Below are positions 39,801-48,606 of a DNA stretch of 64,000 bases, one piece after another (within the stretch, counting starts at the first letter, position 1; each line of letters starts with the position of its first letter). The position numbers and the translations under genes were made by a program. Origin of the DNA: an uncultured virus (IMG/VR IMGVR_UViG_3300030102_003210) (taxonomy: Duplodnaviria > Heunggongvirae > Uroviricota > Caudoviricetes). The DNA is taken from IMG/VR virus record IMGVR_UViG_3300030102_003210; one strand, written 5' to 3'. Below the pieces are notes generated by a model. That model did no database searches. It had not been told where the DNA came from and saw only the letters and a program-made list of their open reading frames with translations.

Positions 39801-40713
39801 CGATGCTCTTGGGAACAGGGTGAGAACGGACACCTCTTCACAAGGTCTCAGTCCTACAGCAAAGGCAAATGCTAGAACAAACATAGGTGTAGATGTAGCC
39901 GGAACAGATAACTCAATTCCTGTAACTCTTGCAAACACAAATTACCTATCATTAAGTGGACAAGAAATAACTGGCGGAACAGTACCAATCTCAAGCGGAG
40001 GAACTGGTGCTACGAGTGCTGCTGCTGCAAGAACTGCGTTGGGGGTAGATGCTGCTGGAACACAGGTCTCAACGGATGTCACGCTTGTTACTAGCAGTCA
40101 TGACTACCTGAGCATAAACGGTCAAGCAATCACACTAGGTCAGATAGACATCTCAGATGATACTAACCTAACTGCTGGAACTGGTTTGACTCTAAGTGGA
40201 GACACACTGAACGTAAATGCTGCACAATCAGGAATAACAAGTGTTGGAACACTGTCTTCTCTAACTGTATCAGGAGATGTCACAGTAGACACTAACACAT
40301 TCAAGATAGACAGCACAAACAATCGTGTAGGCATCGGAACAACAGTACCCGGATACAAACTACAAGTAGAAGGCTCATTCGCTGCACAAACCAAGTCTTT
40401 CGTTATTCCACACCCAACAAAGGAAGGTAAGACACTACAACATGGTTCTCTTGAAGGACCGGAACATGGTGTATATCACAGAGGCAGACTACAAGGAAAT
40501 GTGATACAACTTCCTGAGTATTGGACGGAGTTAGTCGATGAAGACACAATCAGCGTTCAATTGACTGCTAATGGTGACTTCCAAATGTTATATGTAGAAA
40601 AGATAGAAGACAACCAAGTGTTCGTGGCTAATGCAGCAGACGAGGGCATTGACTGTTTCTATCTGATTCATGGTGAGAGAAAGGATGTTGGAAAGATGGA
40701 GGTTGAATACTGA
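33892..40713 (+). CDS. Long tail fibre protein with repeated modules
   Basis: 2273 aa; VTxAKIADxA and KLDGIExxATADQT repeats; C-terminal KSFVIPHP..LQHGSLEGPE domain. Confidence 0.75.
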   Translation: MTSNTGIISGMDTSVGQLKDGVDNIHSGIIKALQTATGENRGVDGFDLTQTTSGIPSTTRFVVTGGKVLRNGKLTTVSAANLDTTTSTIASGSSDWYGVIVVCDGTESNETANTLKWRFGAVTGYTLRNASSTVAELKGGDIPIIVVQIAAGSSSASTTRKHQFLAYEQADREFSAFDSGTERLRINKGGTLTHTPSSTSYTLTLPSATGTVALTSDISNLAAGSLAAGAVTEAKLATNSVSNTKIAEDAVTFDKMQDLSAAYKLIGTGSASGQVSEVSIATQHIDNNAVTTNKIDDSAVTSAKIADGTIVSNDLAGGAVTLDKIADIAQDRILARVASGTGDVQAITAAQLRTLINVEDNADVTNTARVKSALGGDLGNFTLGESNDSTTVAGNLTVAGDLTISGTTTTVNSNTVNIGDSIITLNSDATGSASEDAGIEVERGNDANKTLIWDESAGRWTVGSETFVAGTFIGNLTGTVTHASALATPSNFSISGDVTTTSSVSFNGNNDVTLATSLAAGVVDTAELADSAVTNAKIASQAVTNTKIASLSVTNNKLANDAVTSDKIDDDAVLTAHIANDQITSDLIQNDAIISDLIADGAVLNDHLAGSIAQSKITNLVSDLAGKQAALTFGAGLSNSGATINVDISELSVENGIDKDNDHLMFNDNGTLKKTTLTNIFTKIGESDLPSLSASKIGTGTFAVARIPNIATSKITSGTFSTSRIADNAVTFDKIQDVSSGILLGRTTSGTGGVETLSASAVRTFLNVDVSGTDNSTDVTLAGSRDYLTLNGQQITVGEIDISDDTNLVAGTNLTLSGDTLNVDTDLSNYSNANSGFLTAHPTISSAATTTNNSGRTYIQNVTLDSNGHVTGFSTATETVTDTQYSVGDGGLTQNNFTDSLKSKLDGIADNANNFILQTASASTLGGVKIGSNLSIDAGTGILSADTQSDVNFTSALNTKLSGIETGATAGANFATNVSNISVTNAQLAGSIANNKLANSSVTVNGSTVALGGSITLTTANVAEGANLYFTEERVDDRVSALLSAGEGLDISYDDPNGTLTISSEDATTTNKGVASFASATFDVTGGAVNVKSGGISNAQLNGSISNDKLLNIAQGKITGLTSALNSKVENLSDLGITASAAEINILDGVTGVSSTEIGYLDGVTSAIQTQLDGKQASGNYLTTSSTITSLSGIAEFDTDITAVSNTHDSVPSAKAVKEYVDMVSFDANDTQYAFSVEDTNVNNTKRLKLTGTDGSFTSVNFEGSGGVSVTRINERIIIDSTAQPVQSVAFSGNTLTLTKINNSTVTATIPDATTNVHGLMTDDQFNKLAGIESGATADQTAAEIKTLVGLASDSNVFTDADHSKLDAIEAGATADQTASEIRALVESASDSNVFTNADHTKLNGIEANATTDQTGAEIKTALFNESDTNNLTDTLLSKLNNIESNATADQTASEVTALLNDVASYTLGTSGSGTITIANDLVVTGTTTTNNVETVSTSNGVVFEGNAADGNEVTLLAGTVTADRTITLPDATGTVLLTDGSGASLTSLNGSQITTGTVSAARIGNLPASKITTGTFPTARIADSAITTAKIADDAVTVAKIDGLTDLGSGVVISSAERTKLTGIEASADVTDTANVTAAGALMDSEVTNLAQVKAFDSSDYATAAQGAKADSAQQPPSEGAFVDGDKTKLDGIETGANVTDTANVTAAGALMDSEVTNLAQVKTFDSSDYATAAQGTTADAALPKSGGTMTGNITFNSTQQFDGRDLSVDGAKLDAIEASADVTDATNVAAAGAIMDGDFTSNGFMKRTGAGTYTIDANTYLTAHPTISGAATDTSNTGRTYIQNLEFDSNGHVTSVSTATETVVNTDTQLTEAQVRDFAGGMFTNNTETFITATYQTSSDTIDLVVPVLDENDMNSNSDTHLATQQSIKAYVDTEISDLVNNAPLTLDTLKEIADVLGDDSNITGTIIDALGNRVRTDTSSQGLSPTAKANARTNIGVDVAGTDNSIPVTLANTNYLSLSGQEITGGTVPISSGGTGATSAAAARTALGVDAAGTQVSTDVTLVTSSHDYLSINGQAITLGQIDISDDTNLTAGTGLTLSGDTLNVNAAQSGITSVGTLSSLTVSGDVTVDTNTFKIDSTNNRVGIGTTVPGYKLQVEGSFAAQTKSFVIPHPTKEGKTLQHGSLEGPEHGVYHRGRLQGNVIQLPEYWTELVDEDTISVQLTANGDFQMLYVEKIEDNQVFVANAADEGIDCFYLIHGERKDVGKMEVEY
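38752..39101 (+). repeat. Duplicated ~48-aa fibre module
   Basis: KLxGIExxAxVTDTANVTAAGALMDSEVTNLAQVKxFDSSDYATAAQG occurs twice. Confidence 0.75.
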
Positions 40714-43700
40714 TGGGTAACTCGGACAAGGACATTCTAATTACACCAAACACAGGACAGAATGACAAACCCAAGATAGAAGTCACTGGTGCTAATGATA
40801 CAAAAAAGACAATAGAAGTCAATGACGATGGTTCTCTGACATTCAATTCAACGATAGAAGCAACATCAGGTTCTGTTACCACTACTGATAACAACTTGGT
40901 TACTGGTAGTGCAGTAAGGACTTTCATAGACGCTCAGAACTTTCAACAATCTGGACAATCTAACTTTGCAGTTGGAGACATCACAGGACAATCAGAGATA
41001 ACAAGTGGGCTTCAATCCACTGATGAACTGGTATTGAGTGATGGGGGTTCTCTTGCAAAAATGGATATCTCCGTTCTGCAATCATACATGCAGAGTAATC
41101 TTAACTTCCCTGACACTAACACCTTCAGGACAGTATCAGTAGACACAAACGGAGATGGTAGTGCAAATGATACATTAGGAACTAGTGAGACTCTAACTCT
41201 CAAGAAAGGCTCAAACATAACACTAGCAGAGTCAGGTGGAGTAGTCACAATAAGTTCTACAGATACTAACACTCAACTGTCAACAGGACAAGTACAAACC
41301 ATAGTAGGAGGCATGTTCAGTAGCAATACAGAGACAGGAATATCTGCAACATTCCAATCAGTTGATGGAACTATCGACTTAGTTGTAGCAAGCCAAACTG
41401 ACAACAACTTCACGACAACCCTCAAGAACAAACTAGATGGAATAGAAGCAAATGCTACTGCCGACCAAAGTGATTCAGAAATAAAAACTGCTTATGAGAA
41501 CAATGCCGATACTAATGCCTTTACAGACGCTCTACTCAGTAAACTCAATGCTATCGAGGCTAGTGCCACTGCTGACCAAACTGCCTCTGAGATAACTGGT
41601 TTACTAAATGATGTTGCTAATTATTCACTTGGAACATCCAGCAGTGGAACTATCACTGTAAACAATGACATGACCGTAGCAGGAGATTTGACTGTAACGG
41701 GAACAACTACGACTAACAATGTAGAAACTGTAAGCACAAGCAATGGTGTGATATTTGAAGGAAATCAAGCAGATGGTAATGAGGTAACTCTACTAGCAGG
41801 TTCTGTAACAGCCGATAGAACAATCACATTGCCTGATGCAGCAGGAACGGTAGCGGTATCAGCGTCAGGAGGAGTGGCATTATCTGCTGCTGGTAACATA
41901 ACAGCGAACCTATCAGCATCACATATTCCTAACTTAGACGCATCCAAGATACAGACAGGAACTCTCGACATCGGTAGAATACCTTCCATCACTAATGCTA
42001 AACTTGCAGGTTCGATAGCGAACTCTAAACTCTCTAACTCAACAGTATCGTATGGCGGCGTTCAATTAGCGTTGGGTGAAACTGATGCAACACCAGCATT
42101 TGACTTATCAGACGCTACCAATTATCCCACAAGTAGTTTGAGTGGAACGATAACAAATGCTCAATTGGCAGGGTCGATAGCCAATTCAAAACTAGCAAAT
42201 GATTCTGTTAGTTTTGGTGGAGTTAGCCTAGACTTAGGACAATCCGATGCCACACCAGCGTTTGATTTGACAGATGCTACTAACTACCCAACAAGCAGCC
42301 TAACTGGAACGATAGCAAATACTCAACTAGCGGGTTCGATACCCAACACAAAGTTAGCAAATAGTGCAGTATCATTTGGTGGTATTTCTCTAGAATTAGG
42401 TGCTACGGATGCTACACCAGCATTTGACCTGAGTGATGCAACCGATTATCCAACGTCCTCATTGGTTGGGACAATATCTAACTCTCAACTTGCAGGTTCT
42501 ATTCCTAATGCTAAACTAGCAAATAGCACAGTATCCCTTGGTGGTGTTTCTGTTGCCCTAGGTGCTGCTGACGCAACTCCTGCCTTCGACCTACAAGACG
42601 CAACAGGCTATCCCACATCCTCATTGACCGGAACAATAACCAATGCCCAACTCGCAGGTTCCATTGCTAACTCCAAACTAGCAAATGACTCTGTGAGTTT
42701 CGGTGGTGTAAGTTTAGACCTAGGAGAATCAGATGCAACTCCTGCTTTTGACTTGAGTGACGCAACCAACTACCCAACTTCATCACTCGCTGGCACGATT
42801 ACCAATGCTCAACTTGCAGGTTCCATTGAGAATTCTAAACTAAGCAACTCTTCTATAACAATCAATGGTACTGCAATATCCCTAGGCGGTTCAGTGAATA
42901 CGCCTAATACGAACACGAATCAATTAACGACATTTACCTTGACAGGAGATAATACAGGAAGTGACCAAACAATCGCTCACAATGATACACTAACCGTCGC
43001 AGGTGGTAATGCCATAAACACAGTTGTCAGTGCTACTGATACGATAACGATAAACCATGCAGATACATCCTCCCAAGCCTCTGTCAATAACAGTGGTAGG
43101 ACATATATCCAAGATATCACGTTAGATACATATGGACACATCACATCCATAACCTCCGCTACTGAAACAGTAACTAACACGGATGTAGATGTCTCTGTTG
43201 CTAATTTGAAATCAAAGTTAAATTCTGATTTTGGTGGAGATATAACCATAGGAAATCAGACTGACGATACTGTAGTTATCACAGGTGACTTATCAGTTGG
43301 TGGAGATTTCAATATCACAGGAGACATAAACACAGTAAGCGTAACTGACTTGGATGTTGTTGACCACACAATTACGGTAGCAAGTGGAGCAACAACATTG
43401 TCAAACACCAACAATGCTGGTATACAGTTTGGTGCAAATGCCAGTGCGCCTACATTCAAATGGGATAACAGCAATTCTAGACTTGCATCCAGCAGACCAA
43501 TATCCGCTAGTAGTTTTATTGGAAACCTAACAGGAAACGCCTCTACTGCAACCCAAATTACAGGAATAACCAACAGCAACATCGTTCAACTTACTGATAC
43601 ACAGACGCTCACGAACAAGACTATCAACGCCAATGATAACACACTTAGCAACATAGGAAACAGCGCATTGAGTAATAGTGCCATCACTATTGACGGAACG

Positions 43701-45935
43701 AGTGTTTCTCTTGGCGGAAGTATTTCCACCAACAATGATAACACCACTTATGACTTACTCGTTCCTTCTTCGACCACTGCGATAAGATTAGACCCCTCAA
43801 CTGGCTCTAACGATGATATTACCATAACAGGAAGCACAGGAATAACAGTTGCTAGAGCAAGTGCTACTGAACTAACTATCACCAATAGTTCACCGAATGC
43901 AACACACACAGGTGATGTAACTGGCTCAGGCGCACTTACAATTGCTAATGATGCAGTGACCTATGCCAAGATGCAGAATGTCTCTGCTACGAATAGACTA
44001 CTAGGAAGAGATAGTGCAGGTGCGGGTGTAATCGAGGAAATAGCCCCTGCTGATGTATTAACCATGCTAGGGGTAGAGTCAGGTGCTACTGCTGACCAAA
44101 CTAATTCAGAGATAGAAACTGCATACAATGCTCAAGTGAGTCAGGTAAGTTCTACTGAGAGAACAAATGGGACTGAAACAGGAATCAGGAGATATGCTCC
44201 TGCTGATATCAAGAGCATGATAGATACTCACGCAACAGCAAGTGGAGACATTACCAACATAACGTCTATTCTGAACTCCTCCTTGAAGTTAGGACATGGA
44301 GCATCAGATGCCTACATCACCTTCGCTAATGATAATCACATTGATTTTCATATAGACAATACGAGTCAAATTAGGCTTTCTGACGGCATACTCAGACCTT
44401 TGACTAGCAATGATATCGCACTGGGGAATGATTCAAAGAGATGGTCTAGCGTATCAACTGTGGGATTGAGCATTGGTGCTACCAACTCTGGTACGGCAAC
44501 CATGACCGCTATCTTAGATGAAAACGACATGGCTTCTGATTCTGCTACCGCTTTAGCAACTCAACAGTCGATAAAGGCATATGTCGATGATGAGATTGCT
44601 AATAATTCAGGTGGAATCTCAAGTGTAGTAGCAGATACAACACCACAGTTAGGTGGTAATCTAGATGTCAACGGAAAGGATATAGTATCAGTGAGTAATG
44701 GTAACATAGAGTTAGACCCAAATGGTTCAGGTAAGGTTATTTTCAAGGGTAATTCAACGAAGGGTGCTGGTCAGTTCGTTCTAAACTGCGAGCAAAACTC
44801 ACATGGTATAACAATCAAAGGCCCACCACATTCCGCAGGAGCGTCATACACACTGACATTACCAAATAATGATGGCAACTCTAACCAAGTTCTAAAGACG
44901 GATGGTTCGGGTAATCTCAGTTGGGTCAACCAAACTACTAACACAAACCAATTGACGACATTCACCTTAACAGGGGATTCAGGAAGCAATCAACAGATAG
45001 CACATGGAAACACGTTGGATATCGCTGGTGGAACAGGAATAAGTTCAGTCGTAGGGGCTACTGATACCGTCACCCTGAACTTGGATAACACTGCTGTCAC
45101 TGCTGGTTCGTACACCAGTGCTGACATAACGGTTGATGCTCAGGGAAGAATAACTTCCGCTTCTGATGGAGGTAGTAGCACTGCTGGTTCGGTTGACAAG
45201 TTTGTGGCTATTCAAAACACATCTAGTGGTGATTCTAGCCCCATCATAAACGTCAACGTCACAACACCAGTGGCTATTACTTGGTTGAGCGAGGTTCACA
45301 AGGACTCGATTTACACACACAGCACAACTACCAACCCGCAGACGATAACAATCAATAGTGGTGGAACATTCATAGTGTCATACAACATCAACACGGAGAA
45401 CACAGGGAGCAACAGGTTCGTTCCCAAGACCTTCGTGTATGTCAACGGCTCTCAATTGGCAAGAACCTTGGCAACGTCTTACTCTAGGGGTTCTACATAT
45501 GATAGCGTCACAACGGCTACTTGGACGGGAGTAATTGAATTATCTCCGGGTGACACTGTTGAAGTAAGAATGGGCAAGGACGATGCTGACCAAACAAATC
45601 AAGTCAGAGTTCAGAAAGAAGGAACTTCGATAAGTCTAGCAAGAATTTCGGCAATTGGGAATACTGCTTCAGTGATAAATGTGTCTAGCGGAACGACCAC
45701 GTTAACGGGCGCACAATCCGGTTCTGTAGTATATGTCACCTCTAGCGGGGCTGTCAATCTTATGTCGAACATGAAAACGGGAGTTCAATATGTCATAATC
45801 AATGATACAGGAGGAAACCTGCTTCCGGGCTTAAATGGCAATACGCATATATTGGGAACTCATGGTGCGATGCCGAGTAACACTGCAAGAACATATGTGG
45901 CTGTGTCAAATGGAAATGTCGCTGCAATAGGGTGA
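40713..45935 (+). CDS. Second long tail fibre protein
   Basis: 1740 aa, T/S/N/G-rich; internal tandem repeats; shares modules with the preceding fibre. Confidence 0.75.
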   Translation: MGNSDKDILITPNTGQNDKPKIEVTGANDTKKTIEVNDDGSLTFNSTIEATSGSVTTTDNNLVTGSAVRTFIDAQNFQQSGQSNFAVGDITGQSEITSGLQSTDELVLSDGGSLAKMDISVLQSYMQSNLNFPDTNTFRTVSVDTNGDGSANDTLGTSETLTLKKGSNITLAESGGVVTISSTDTNTQLSTGQVQTIVGGMFSSNTETGISATFQSVDGTIDLVVASQTDNNFTTTLKNKLDGIEANATADQSDSEIKTAYENNADTNAFTDALLSKLNAIEASATADQTASEITGLLNDVANYSLGTSSSGTITVNNDMTVAGDLTVTGTTTTNNVETVSTSNGVIFEGNQADGNEVTLLAGSVTADRTITLPDAAGTVAVSASGGVALSAAGNITANLSASHIPNLDASKIQTGTLDIGRIPSITNAKLAGSIANSKLSNSTVSYGGVQLALGETDATPAFDLSDATNYPTSSLSGTITNAQLAGSIANSKLANDSVSFGGVSLDLGQSDATPAFDLTDATNYPTSSLTGTIANTQLAGSIPNTKLANSAVSFGGISLELGATDATPAFDLSDATDYPTSSLVGTISNSQLAGSIPNAKLANSTVSLGGVSVALGAADATPAFDLQDATGYPTSSLTGTITNAQLAGSIANSKLANDSVSFGGVSLDLGESDATPAFDLSDATNYPTSSLAGTITNAQLAGSIENSKLSNSSITINGTAISLGGSVNTPNTNTNQLTTFTLTGDNTGSDQTIAHNDTLTVAGGNAINTVVSATDTITINHADTSSQASVNNSGRTYIQDITLDTYGHITSITSATETVTNTDVDVSVANLKSKLNSDFGGDITIGNQTDDTVVITGDLSVGGDFNITGDINTVSVTDLDVVDHTITVASGATTLSNTNNAGIQFGANASAPTFKWDNSNSRLASSRPISASSFIGNLTGNASTATQITGITNSNIVQLTDTQTLTNKTINANDNTLSNIGNSALSNSAITIDGTSVSLGGSISTNNDNTTYDLLVPSSTTAIRLDPSTGSNDDITITGSTGITVARASATELTITNSSPNATHTGDVTGSGALTIANDAVTYAKMQNVSATNRLLGRDSAGAGVIEEIAPADVLTMLGVESGATADQTNSEIETAYNAQVSQVSSTERTNGTETGIRRYAPADIKSMIDTHATASGDITNITSILNSSLKLGHGASDAYITFANDNHIDFHIDNTSQIRLSDGILRPLTSNDIALGNDSKRWSSVSTVGLSIGATNSGTATMTAILDENDMASDSATALATQQSIKAYVDDEIANNSGGISSVVADTTPQLGGNLDVNGKDIVSVSNGNIELDPNGSGKVIFKGNSTKGAGQFVLNCEQNSHGITIKGPPHSAGASYTLTLPNNDGNSNQVLKTDGSGNLSWVNQTTNTNQLTTFTLTGDSGSNQQIAHGNTLDIAGGTGISSVVGATDTVTLNLDNTAVTAGSYTSADITVDAQGRITSASDGGSSTAGSVDKFVAIQNTSSGDSSPIINVNVTTPVAITWLSEVHKDSIYTHSTTTNPQTITINSGGTFIVSYNINTENTGSNRFVPKTFVYVNGSQLARTLATSYSRGSTYDSVTTATWTGVIELSPGDTVEVRMGKDDADQTNQVRVQKEGTSISLARISAIGNTASVINVSSGTTTLTGAQSGSVVYVTSSGAVNLMSNMKTGVQYVIINDTGGNLLPGLNGNTHILGTHGAMPSNTARTYVAVSNGNVAAIG
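41988..42797 (+). repeat. Five tandem 162-bp (54-aa) repeats, followed by a partial sixth
   Basis: ITNAQLAGSIANSKLANDSVSFGGVSLDLGQSDATPAFDLTDATNYPTSSLTGT-like unit at an exact 162-nt period. Confidence 0.9.
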
Positions 45936-45939
45936 TTGA

Positions 45940-47100
45940 ATGCCATTTATTCCTGCATTCTATGGCACTTGTGAAGATGGAACAGGTGGTGCTGAAGGAG
46001 CAGGAAATATATCTCCGCCGGGAGCAGTTACTATGGGTCCAGCATCTAGCATCTCAACTTCACAGATAGACCTCGGATGGCTCACAGTCAGTGGTGCTAC
46101 ATCATACAAGATTGAAAGGTCAATCTTCGCATCGAGTGGATTTTCGCAAATAGCCACTACGACAAACAATTCCTACTCTAGCACAGGTCTACTCCAAGGA
46201 ACTCGGTATTACTACAGAGTTAGAGCAACCAATGGCAATGGAGATGGGCCTTATTCTAACACAGTGAACAATTTCACTAGACCCGGACAAGTCGTAAACC
46301 TCTCTGCCACTGCTGCCTCATCATCGCAAATCAACCTGTCTTGGACTAACCCCTTTGGAACTGAAACTGGATTCCAAATTTGGCGTTCAACCAACTCCAA
46401 TATGGCAGGGCAGATTCTTGTGACCACATTATTGAATGGTTCAGCAACATCATACTCAAACACAGGACTTTCTGCTTCAACCACTTTCTATTATAGAGTC
46501 AGGGCGCAGAACAGTGGAGGCGTAGGTGCTTACTCATCCGTTGTTAACGCCACAACACAAGCATCAAGTGGAGGTAGTGCGCCAACGGGTGTTAGTATTG
46601 CTACCTCTTCATCAGGTAACTACAACAATGCTCTAATAATCAAGAACATCGCTATTGGTACATTAGCGCAGAATCCTGTTGTTCCTGAACTTGGTGGTAA
46701 CTTCAGTTCAAACGCAGTTACAATGACTTTGAATTATGGCCCTGATTATGAAGCAGCGTTGAATAACAACAGTGGGACTTTGGTATTGCTACCCGAAGGA
46801 TACATCAGAGCAACAGGAGCAACCTCGTTCCAATGGGACATGTCGAATGCATCTGTCAACCAAGATACAGGTAATGCTATCAATAGCCTTACTATATCAG
46901 GAACTGCTTCGACAAATCAGGATGCAACTGGCTCAGGGGGTATTGGTGAGAAATTGAATATTATTCATAACTCAGGTGGTCGTGGATATCTCATGTTGCG
47001 TTATACAGGAGATAACATAAGTTTCGACGTAGATGCAGATGCTACTAACTCAGGCGGCACTACTGCTGCTTCTACATTGTCAATTACATTAGGGATATGA
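45940..47100 (+). CDS. Fibronectin type III repeat protein (virion adhesin-like)
   Basis: Two FN3 domains (SQIDLGW..YYYRVRATN; SQINLSW..FYYRVRAQN). Confidence 0.8.
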   Translation: MPFIPAFYGTCEDGTGGAEGAGNISPPGAVTMGPASSISTSQIDLGWLTVSGATSYKIERSIFASSGFSQIATTTNNSYSSTGLLQGTRYYYRVRATNGNGDGPYSNTVNNFTRPGQVVNLSATAASSSQINLSWTNPFGTETGFQIWRSTNSNMAGQILVTTLLNGSATSYSNTGLSASTTFYYRVRAQNSGGVGAYSSVVNATTQASSGGSAPTGVSIATSSSGNYNNALIIKNIAIGTLAQNPVVPELGGNFSSNAVTMTLNYGPDYEAALNNNSGTLVLLPEGYIRATGATSFQWDMSNASVNQDTGNAINSLTISGTASTNQDATGSGGIGEKLNIIHNSGGRGYLMLRYTGDNISFDVDADATNSGGTTAASTLSITLGI

Positions 47101-47104
47101 TATT

Positions 47105-47677
47105 ATGCGTTGGACAGTTACAGGGATACCCGAAGGAAGAGTTGGAAAGTTCTCGATAATGTATTGCACAACACATAGAGGACATCTATCTTGGAAAACC
47201 TATGTAGATTACGCAAGCATACCAAGCGGAACATACACGGTTCTGTTTGAACACTTCGGAGAGAATGACTCAGCATTGAACATCATGCAGGATACACCAA
47301 GAGAGTATGAAGAACACTCATGGATGATGGACAAGATGAGTGGTGATGTTCTTATTGCAGGATTGGGTGTTGGTATGATTAATGTTCCACTTCTTGCTTC
47401 CGATGATGTAACGAGCGTCACAATCGTAGAGAAGAATCAAGATGTGATTGATTTAGTTTGGGACCACTGTGCCAAGGATGATAGATTCACATTGGTGCAT
47501 GATGACATCAACACTTGGGAGATACCTGAAGGAAGCAGTTGGGATGTAGCATGGTTCGACACATGGATGACCCATGATGAACAGTTGCCCGAATACATAA
47601 CAAGGATACAGAATAAATATGGCGAATATGTTGAGCAGATGAGTGGCTGGCACTGGGAAGAAGTTACTGAAAGTTAG
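47105..47677 (+). CDS. Class I SAM-dependent methyltransferase (spermidine-synthase-like fold)
   Basis: DVLIAGLGVG, VTIVEK, HDD and WDVAWFD motifs. Confidence 0.75.
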   Translation: MRWTVTGIPEGRVGKFSIMYCTTHRGHLSWKTYVDYASIPSGTYTVLFEHFGENDSALNIMQDTPREYEEHSWMMDKMSGDVLIAGLGVGMINVPLLASDDVTSVTIVEKNQDVIDLVWDHCAKDDRFTLVHDDINTWEIPEGSSWDVAWFDTWMTHDEQLPEYITRIQNKYGEYVEQMSGWHWEEVTES

Positions 47678-47695
47678 TTCGCAATAACACTGAAA

Positions 47696-47746
47696 TTTTT
47701 GCGCAAAAAAAAGTCAAAGTGGCCGAGGGACTATTCCCCCGACCAC
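47696..47746 (-). terminator. Terminator region at the convergence of the two genome arms
   Basis: Minus-strand 12-bp hairpin (47719-47746) followed by a T8 tract; TTTTTGCGCAAAAA palindrome provides T-runs on both strands. Confidence 0.65.
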
Positions 47747-47883
47747 AGTGCTTTACATTCTCTACAACGCCAAATGTGTAGAGTCTCTTGTGAACCCACA
47801 ACCTTACCCTTTATTCTCTGAGGGATGGTGTCCTCAGAGCAATAAGGGCATTTCTTAGTTAGGGCCAGTTCGACCACGCTCAT
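47731..47883 (-). CDS. 50-aa Zn-ribbon protein
   Basis: Read manually: MSVVELALTKKCPYCSEDTIPQRIKGKVVGSQETLHIWRCRECKALWSGE. Confidence 0.65.
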   Translation of the reverse strand: MSVVELALTKKCPYCSEDTIPQRIKGKVVGSQETLHIWRCRECKALWSGE

Positions 47884-48013
47884 CGTTAATTAGATTCTCC
47901 ATGTACTCGTCAATGCTTTCTTCGGTATACTTTGAGTTACCGAATGCTGCAAAGAACAGTAGAGAAACTAGGATAACGAAGATTATCCAGCCGAACCATT
48001 CCCAAGGTGTCAT
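47855..48013 (-). CDS. 52-aa single-pass membrane protein
   Basis: Read manually: MTPWEWFGWIIFVILVSLLFFAAFGNSK...; TAATG-coupled to the exonuclease gene. Confidence 0.6.
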   Translation of the reverse strand: MTPWEWFGWIIFVILVSLLFFAAFGNSKYTEESIDEYMENLINDERGRTGPN

Positions 48014-48606
48014 TACCAATCTACCTCCAAATCTTTCATTATTTCTTCATCAATGGAAAAGCCCTTCACCATCTTGTTCTCTTTTCCATGAATCCATAAG
48101 TCGTATACGAGTTCACAATCTTTTAGACAATAATCCGCAACTTCTGAGAATTTACCATCTTTCCAAACCAAGGGAGCATCTGCGCTATCCATCAGTTTCT
48201 CAACCCCTAGGGTGTTCTGAACCAAGTTGTTCAGTGAGTACCTCTCGCCGTAAGACTTGTTCAGAATCCTGCTAGTGTCGATATATGCCTTCTCATCTAG
48301 ATAGTTCTTGATGCAGTATATATCCATAGCATTCTTCAGCACTGCCAAATCGAATGAGACGATATTGTGTCCCAAGAGAATACCGTTGTTCTGACGGTGT
48401 TCGTCTAAGTCGAACTTGAGTTGGGATAATGGTTTTACTGATACACCTGATTTGCGAATCGACTTGATTGGCTCATCGATGTATACAGTACCATGATTAC
48501 CATCCCATGTGCAGACAGTTGATACCTCAAACATGTGGGTGTTGCCCCAACCCCCTATTTCATGGGAGTAGTTCTTGGTCTCAATGTCAAGTGCTAGGAC
48601 GTTCAT
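48013..48606 (-). CDS. DEDD 3'-5' exonuclease (RNase H-like, YprB-like)
   Basis: ALDIET, GHNIVSFD and YCLKD motifs. Confidence 0.85.
   Translation of the reverse strand: MNVLALDIETKNYSHEIGGWGNTHMFEVSTVCTWDGNHGTVYIDEPIKSIRKSGVSVKPLSQLKFDLDEHRQNNGILLGHNIVSFDLAVLKNAMDIYCIKNYLDEKAYIDTSRILNKSYGERYSLNNLVQNTLGVEKLMDSADAPLVWKDGKFSEVADYCLKDCELVYDLWIHGKENKMVKGFSIDEEIMKDLEVDW

Noticed and set aside
41988..42797. Regular repeats as a CRISPR array or DGR template/variable pair
   Set aside because: They are in-frame coding repeats with mainly synonymous divergence, without unique spacers, and no reverse transcriptase is seen in the window
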